A stretch of 64,000 nucleotides of DNA from Lama guanicoe (lineage: Eukaryota), in NCBI GenBank assembly GCA_013239625.1, contig MU054323.1, positions 9,703,186-9,767,185 of the forward strand, read 5' to 3'. The notes beneath the pieces were generated by a model. It saw nothing but the letters and a program-made list of their open reading frames with translations. It ran no database searches and had not been told where the DNA came from. Of the stretch, positions 63,401 to 64,000 are shown one piece after another. The position numbers and the translations under genes are program-made. Each line of letters begins with the position of its first letter. Position 1 is the first letter of the stretch.

Positions 63401-63960
63401 TCAGTCTTGTTCTTGGACTCCCTTTGCAAGCAAGGTGCAGGGGAGTGGGGGCTGGCACGTGTGTAGATGTCTATAGCATTGAAAACATGGAGTCCTTGAG
63501 ATTTCTGAATCAACTGCATCCTCTCCCTTGGGCTTTGAACTGTGATGAGGGATTCTTGCCATGAATGCAAGGCAGAACCCTCCCATATATTCAATATTTT
63601 CTCTCTGCCAGCAACTGTGCTAGGCAGTTAAAGCCATGTTGTCTCATTAAAGCTGCTCAACAGCTCTGCCAAAGAAGTCTTATGGGTTTATGAGGAAATG
63701 AATCTGACAGAAGCTAAGTGACTTGCCCAATATCCCACAGCTGGGGACTGATAGAGCCAGGAGCGGAGGCCCAGCCCCCCTGAAATCCAGTTCTGAGCTC
63801 TCCCCACTGCAGGGTGCACTGCGGGGGGATGCCCCCTCCAGAAGAAACAAATGAGAACACCCGCGTCTCTCTCTTCCTCCCCAATCAGCTTGAACCACCA
63901 GGAAGGAAAACTGATACCCTGGACCTGACGGTGGATATACCCCTCTCCTGCCCCACTCAG
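2154..63960 (+). CDS. PLB1: Phospholipase B1, membrane-associated (partial; 37 internal coding exons, repeats I-III)
   Basis: 37 GT-AG exons join in one open frame (2804 nt). The translation matches mammalian PLB1 as recalled ([68 protein letters not shown]). N-glycosylation sequons NTS, NLS, NVS, NST, NIT, NLT, NDT are present. Both gene ends are outside the window. Confidence 0.98.
2580..2631 (+). CDS. PLB1: PLB1 exon, repeat I (52 nt)
   Basis: tgcag|a...cag|gtaag; [17 protein letters not shown]. Confidence 0.96.
2885..3140 (+). mobile_element. MIR SINE
   Basis: gcacttaacctctcgaagtctcagttttcccatt core followed by gtgcctggcacag 3' part. Confidence 0.8.
3590..4145 (-). mobile_element. Old L1 (L1ME-like) 3' fragment
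   Basis: AT-rich, with antisense L1M landmarks gaattgttgaatcaaatggtaag and tgccaaattgccttccc...ttcccaccac. Confidence 0.6.
4286..4372 (+). CDS. PLB1: PLB1 exon, repeat I (87 nt)
   Basis: tgcag|caa...cag|gtaaac; [29 protein letters not shown]. Confidence 0.96.
5535..5573. repeat. (TCCA)n microsatellite
   Basis: tccatccatccatccttccatccatccatccatccatc. Confidence 0.9.
5850..6680 (-). mobile_element. Old L1M fragment (interrupted)
   Basis: gttgatagccatttaggtgtttctagtttttcactatt and tagaattgctggtcat...ctaattgccctccaaagtagctg; appears to resume at about 7459-7515 after the LTR. Confidence 0.6.
6320..6555. mobile_element. hAT-Charlie non-autonomous element (MER58/MER96-like)
   Basis: attagtgggtcaaaaatcagtttaa...gtatactgggttgtgatgtgaaacatgtctcacattgtggatcatgatc resembles recalled consensus; subfamily uncertain. 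Confidence 0.5.
6700..7458 (-). mobile_element. Solo LTR, MER21-like
   Basis: caattctgacactatctacccagagatagcaccagatcccacagg; ggaacagccagatggaagagatgcatagg; ends tataaatcgcagtttcac, the reverse complement of the MER21 5' end. Confidence 0.8.
8648..9195 (-). mobile_element. Probable ERV solo LTR, family not assigned
   Basis: Begins ttactgaatcaggtttgtttg...caagtcaaatgctgagacacaggtttgcagggagaaaggatttgtt, resembling an antisense LTR U5/R end; about 550 bp. Confidence 0.45.
10107..10137. repeat. (TA)n microsatellite
   Basis: atatatatgtatatatatatatatatatata followed by a T-run. Confidence 0.9.
10747..10809 (+). CDS. PLB1: PLB1 exon, repeat I (63 nt)
   Basis: ctgcag|caa...gag|gtgagg; [21 protein letters not shown]. 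Confidence 0.93.
11545..11624 (+). CDS. PLB1: PLB1 exon, repeat I (80 nt)
   Basis: cctag|gtc...tcag|gtaaaa; [26 protein letters not shown]. Confidence 0.95.
12475..12550 (+). CDS. PLB1: PLB1 exon, repeat I (76 nt)
   Basis: tgcag|c...cag|gtgag; [25 protein letters not shown]. Confidence 0.95.
13470..13574 (+). CDS. PLB1: PLB1 exon, repeat I (105 nt)
   Basis: ttcag|gaa...tca|gtgagt; [35 protein letters not shown]. Confidence 0.95.
13765..13990 (+). mobile_element. MIR SINE
   Basis: ggtcaagagcgtggactccagccagac...gctgtgtgaccttgggcaagttgtctgacctctctgtgc. Confidence 0.85.
14663..14719 (+). CDS. PLB1: PLB1 exon, repeat I (57 nt)
   Basis: ttcag|ggt...atg|gtgagt; [19 protein letters not shown]. 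Confidence 0.94.
19321..19505. mobile_element. MER5A-like hAT MITE (near full length)
   Basis: Imperfect terminal inverted repeats caatggtcctca...tgagagacactg; internal tgcatcagaat...ggagggcttgttagaacacaga...gattcagtaagtctggg. Confidence 0.85.
19590..19661 (+). CDS. PLB1: PLB1 exon, repeat I (72 nt)
   Basis: tctag|atg...cag|gtaggc; [24 protein letters not shown]. Confidence 0.96.
20462..20536 (+). CDS. PLB1: PLB1 exon, repeat I/II linker (75 nt)
   Basis: tgcag|gag...gag|gtatgg; [25 protein letters not shown]. Confidence 0.95.
21335..21555 (+). mobile_element. MIR SINE
   Basis: ggattcaaatccagactcttccacttac...gggcaaggtacttaacctctctgtgc...cctacctcatagagttgtt. Confidence 0.85.
21700..22220 (-). 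mobile_element. L2 LINE fragments
   Basis: Purine-rich antisense L2 landmarks: caaggaactcagtctggtgg, gaaggcttccc, ggaccttgtaggccatgctaaggag. Confidence 0.55.
22551..22614 (+). CDS. PLB1: PLB1 exon, start of repeat II (64 nt)
   Basis: tgcag|gtg...tcag|gtacct; [21 protein letters not shown]. Confidence 0.95.
22703..22842 (+). mobile_element. tRNA-Ala-derived SINE (camelid Vic-1-like)
   Basis: agctcagtggtagagtgcctgcttagcatgcaggaggtcctgggttcaatccc (A and B boxes), ataaacctaattacc, C-rich and A tail; partial flanking repeat aagatga. Confidence 0.85.
23826..23860. repeat. (CA)n microsatellite
   Basis: acacacacacacacacacacacacacacgcacac. Confidence 0.95.
24003..24075. repeat. Compound (TG)n(TA)n(CA)n microsatellite
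   Basis: tgtgtgtgtgtgtatatatatatatattatatatatatatatatatatacacac. Confidence 0.9.
27320..27434. mobile_element. MER5A-like hAT MITE (half)
   Basis: agacctactaaatcagacactctg...tgattctgatgcatgctcaaatttgaagaccactg. Confidence 0.8.
28386..28738 (-). mobile_element. L1 3' end (younger, artiodactyl type), 5'-truncated
   Basis: T-tail then aattgaagcacagttgacttataatgttgtgttagtttcaggtgtacagc...gatactgaatatagttccctatgctgtacagtagg. Confidence 0.85.
29161..29915 (+). mobile_element. L1 (L1MB-like) ORF2 end and 3'UTR, split by a SINE
   Basis: gctgtggaagacagtttgg; gaatgttcatagcagcactat; caacccaaatgtccatcaacaga; gaatgtactaaatgccactgaactg. Confidence 0.85.
29263..29385 (+). mobile_element. tRNA-Ala-derived SINE (Vic-1-like) inside L1
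   Basis: gggggaaggtgtagctcagtggtagaacgtgtgcctagcatgcatgaggtcctgggctcaatcccc; TSD ccccagataattca / ccccaactaattca (12 of 14). Confidence 0.88.
30381..30439 (+). CDS. PLB1: PLB1 exon, repeat II, GDSL nucleophile motif (59 nt)
   Basis: ctcag|tc...acg|gtgagt; [19 protein letters not shown]. Confidence 0.97.
32251..32324 (+). CDS. PLB1: PLB1 exon, repeat II (74 nt)
   Basis: ttcag|gca...gag|gtgagt; [24 protein letters not shown]. Confidence 0.97.
32620..32815 (+). mobile_element. MIR SINE
   Basis: gcgtgacctcgggcaagttactcagactctctgagc...cagcacagtgcctgacaca. Confidence 0.75.
32820..32925 (-). mobile_element. MIR SINE fragment
   Basis: cattttacagatgaggaagcgtggctcagagagggcaagtaacctgcccaagatcacac. 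Confidence 0.85.
33645..33682. repeat. (TTTTTG)n simple repeat
   Basis: tttttttgtttttgtttttgtttttgttttttttt. Confidence 0.85.
33848..33891 (+). CDS. PLB1: PLB1 exon, repeat II (44 nt)
   Basis: tgcag|c...caa|gtgagt; [14 protein letters not shown]. Confidence 0.94.
33848..34040. promoter_or_regulatory. Small intragenic CpG island with two CTCF-like motifs
   Basis: About 25 CpG in about 200 bp by manual count; ccgccagggggagc on the minus strand (33949-33962) and tcggcagggggcgc on the plus strand (34008-34021). Confidence 0.6.
35884..36495 (-). mobile_element. L1 3' end, 5'-truncated, with 12-bp TSD
   Basis: TSD tgagttattctt at 35872-35883 and 36496-36507; tttcacttagtatgataatctctaggtcatccacattgctgcaaatggc. 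Confidence 0.9.
36352..36421. repeat. (TA)n(CA)n microsatellite within L1
   Basis: Long (TA)n tract followed by (CA)n. Confidence 0.95.
36718..37690 (+). mobile_element. Degenerate L1 ORF2 fragment joined to ORF2 end and 3'UTR
   Basis: aaaatcagaaatgaaagaggagacatta; tagatgaaatggacaaattcctagaaa; ggtttcactggcgaattccatcaaacatttaaagaaga; ends ctcaataaagc plus A-rich tail. Confidence 0.9.
37918..38026 (+). CDS. PLB1: PLB1 exon, repeat II (109 nt)
   Basis: tccag|ac...tga|gtgagc; [35 protein letters not shown]. Confidence 0.97.
39960..40190 (-). mobile_element. MIR SINE
   Basis: catccccattcttccaaaggaggaaactgagg...ggttaagtactttgccaaggtc...gcaggattcaaaccca. Confidence 0.75.
40580..40598. other. Assembly gap (19 N)
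   Basis: Run of n between C-rich flanks; intronic. Confidence 1.
40767..40818 (+). CDS. PLB1: PLB1 exon, repeat II (52 nt)
   Basis: cgcag|g...acg|gtaagt; [17 protein letters not shown]. Confidence 0.97.
41147..41227 (+). CDS. PLB1: PLB1 exon, repeat II, GGND block (81 nt)
   Basis: tccag|aac...atg|gtaagt; [27 protein letters not shown]. Confidence 0.97.
42370..42435 (+). CDS. PLB1: PLB1 exon, repeat II (66 nt)
   Basis: tacag|gtt...gag|gtatga; [22 protein letters not shown]. Confidence 0.97.
42786..42886 (+). CDS. PLB1: PLB1 exon, repeat II (101 nt)
   Basis: ctcag|gtg...ccg|gtaaga; [33 protein letters not shown]. Confidence 0.97.
44360..44590 (+). mobile_element. MIR SINE
   Basis: gagttcaagtcctggctc...ttatttaactatgctgaacctcagtcttctcatctataaaatggg. 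Confidence 0.85.
44885..44966 (+). CDS. PLB1: PLB1 exon, repeat II (82 nt)
   Basis: cacag|g...cag|gtaagc; [27 protein letters not shown]. Confidence 0.97.
47502..47606 (+). CDS. PLB1: PLB1 exon, repeat II (105 nt)
   Basis: tacag|gag...ccg|gtaaag; [35 protein letters not shown]. Confidence 0.97.
47720..47815 (+). CDS. PLB1: PLB1 exon, repeat II, DxxH motif (96 nt)
   Basis: accag|gag...atg|gtaaga; [32 protein letters not shown]. Confidence 0.97.
48035..48106 (+). CDS. PLB1: PLB1 exon, repeat II (72 nt)
   Basis: tttag|ctg...gag|gtaaag; [24 protein letters not shown]. Confidence 0.96.
49187..49225 (+). CDS. PLB1: PLB1 exon, repeat II/III linker (39 nt)
   Basis: cacag|gtc...aag|gtatct; [13 protein letters not shown]. 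Confidence 0.93.
49740..49800 (+). CDS. PLB1: PLB1 exon, start of repeat III (61 nt)
   Basis: cctag|gac...cag|gtaagc; [20 protein letters not shown]. Confidence 0.95.
49875..50094 (-). mobile_element. L1 3' end (young, camelid type), 5'-truncated
   Basis: Long T-tail then aattgaagtacagtcagttacaatgtgtccatttctggtgtacagc...tattgaatatagttccctgtgctatacagaaga. Confidence 0.85.
50923..50981 (+). CDS. PLB1: PLB1 exon, repeat III, GDSL motif (59 nt)
   Basis: tgcag|tg...acc|gtaagg; [19 protein letters not shown]. Confidence 0.97.
51595..51810 (-). mobile_element. MIR SINE
   Basis: cacatttgtaaagcacttta...aatttgatcatcaaaacaaccctgtg...gaactcaagcctgg. Confidence 0.65.
51930..52003 (+). CDS. PLB1: PLB1 exon, repeat III (74 nt)
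   Basis: tcaaag|gct...tag|gtaatg; [24 protein letters not shown]. Confidence 0.96.
53340..53467 (+). mobile_element. tRNA-derived SINE (Vic-1-like) with perfect 15-bp TSD
   Basis: gggaggtatagctcagt...gaggtcctaggttcaatcccc...(taaa)n cctaat; TSD aaaaagcatgaggtt at 53325-53339 and 53468-53482. Confidence 0.9.
53903..54165. mobile_element. hAT-Charlie (Charlie4-like) fragment
   Basis: agcgtttcccaaactgtgtttcgtgaaacactag...gcatattaaagtctttgagaagccctg. Confidence 0.55.
56194..56237 (+). CDS. PLB1: PLB1 exon, repeat III (44 nt)
   Basis: tacag|t...cga|gtaagt; [14 protein letters not shown]. Confidence 0.94.
56375..56570 (+). mobile_element. MIR SINE
   Basis: gaagacctgggttcaagccctggcc...ctggggcaggtaaccaaacattctgagtctcagatttcttcaactgt. 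Confidence 0.7.
56682..56815 (-). mobile_element. tRNA-Ala-derived SINE (Vic-1-like)
   Basis: Reverse complement of the family: gtaattaggtttattt...gggaattgaacccaggacctt...tgctaagca...tgagctataccctccccc. Confidence 0.88.
56915..57023 (+). CDS. PLB1: PLB1 exon, repeat III (109 nt)
   Basis: tccag|at...taa|gtacgg; [35 protein letters not shown]. Confidence 0.96.
58377..58428 (+). CDS. PLB1: PLB1 exon, repeat III (52 nt)
   Basis: ctcag|g...cat|gtgagt; [17 protein letters not shown]. Confidence 0.96.
58488..58660 (+). mobile_element. L3/CR1 LINE 3' end
   Basis: tggaatgatttgcc...gtgagcccccgtcactggaggcgttcaagcag...gtccctcctgatgctaagaatctgtg. Confidence 0.7.
58816..58896 (+). CDS. PLB1: PLB1 exon, repeat III, GGSD block (81 nt)
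   Basis: tatag|aga...tcg|gtaagg; [27 protein letters not shown]. Confidence 0.97.
59460..59525 (+). CDS. PLB1: PLB1 exon, repeat III (66 nt)
   Basis: cccag|aat...gag|gtgggt; [22 protein letters not shown]. Confidence 0.97.
60290..60390 (+). CDS. PLB1: PLB1 exon, repeat III (101 nt)
   Basis: cttag|gta...cag|gtaggc; [33 protein letters not shown]. Confidence 0.97.
61403..61484 (+). CDS. PLB1: PLB1 exon, repeat III (82 nt)
   Basis: tgcag|c...cag|gtaaga; [27 protein letters not shown]. Confidence 0.97.
62151..62255 (+). CDS. PLB1: PLB1 exon, repeat III (105 nt)
   Basis: tccag|agc...gcg|gtacgc; [35 protein letters not shown]. Confidence 0.97.
62460..62660 (-). mobile_element. MIR SINE
   Basis: tttactgagcacctactatgtgctgggcactgtgc...gaggctcagagacgtgaaac...gatttgaacacgtctgactccaga. 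Confidence 0.85.
63236..63331 (+). CDS. PLB1: PLB1 exon, repeat III, DxxH motif (96 nt)
   Basis: ttcag|gat...atg|gtaaaa; [32 protein letters not shown]. Confidence 0.97.
63605..63800 (-). mobile_element. MIR SINE
   Basis: atgaggaaatgaatctgacagaagctaagtgacttgcccaatatcccacagctgg. Confidence 0.7.
63889..63960 (+). CDS. PLB1: PLB1 exon, repeat III (72 nt)
   Basis: atcag|ctt...cag|gtaata; [24 protein letters not shown]. Confidence 0.96.
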
Positions 63961-64000
63961 GTAATAAGGGTGGGGGCTGCCTTGCTGTCCTCCAGAAGCC

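Noticed and set aside
2154..63960. PLB1 pseudogenisation
   Set aside because: All 37 exons keep the frame and GT-AG sites, and the repeat II catalytic motifs are intact.
1..64000. Prokaryotic-type or novel system (CRISPR array, operon, foreign insert)
   Set aside because: No regularly spaced repeat array, dense ORF block or abrupt foreign composition was seen; PLB1 exons and common mammalian intron content explain the window.

Overview
Mammalian genomic DNA, most likely a camelid (alpaca/camel type), judged from four copies of a short tRNA-Ala-derived SINE resembling camelid Vic-1 and no recognisable Alu, B1, Bov-tA or PRE-1. The whole window lies inside one + strand gene, phospholipase B1 (PLB1), a membrane-anchored GDSL/SGNH lipase. 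I traced 37 consecutive GT-AG coding exons by hand (2154..63960, 2804 nt spliced, about 934 codons, no stop or frameshift). They cover the C-terminal part of homology repeat I, all of repeat II (the domain reported as catalytic) and most of repeat III; the start and stop codons lie outside the window. Introns hold ordinary mammalian repeats (MIR, L2, L3/CR1, old and younger L1 fragments, a MER21-type LTR, hAT/MER5 elements, microsatellites) and one 19-N assembly gap. The provided ORF track is almost entirely spurious or exon read-through. I found no previously undescribed biological system. The most worthwhile observations are the 14-exon module periodicity, graded decay of catalytic motifs across repeats, several Pro>Leu changes compatible with CpG decay, and a small intragenic CpG island carrying a divergent pair of CTCF-like motifs. 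Repeat family names come from recalled consensus sequences and repeat boundaries are approximate unless a target-site duplication (TSD) is given.
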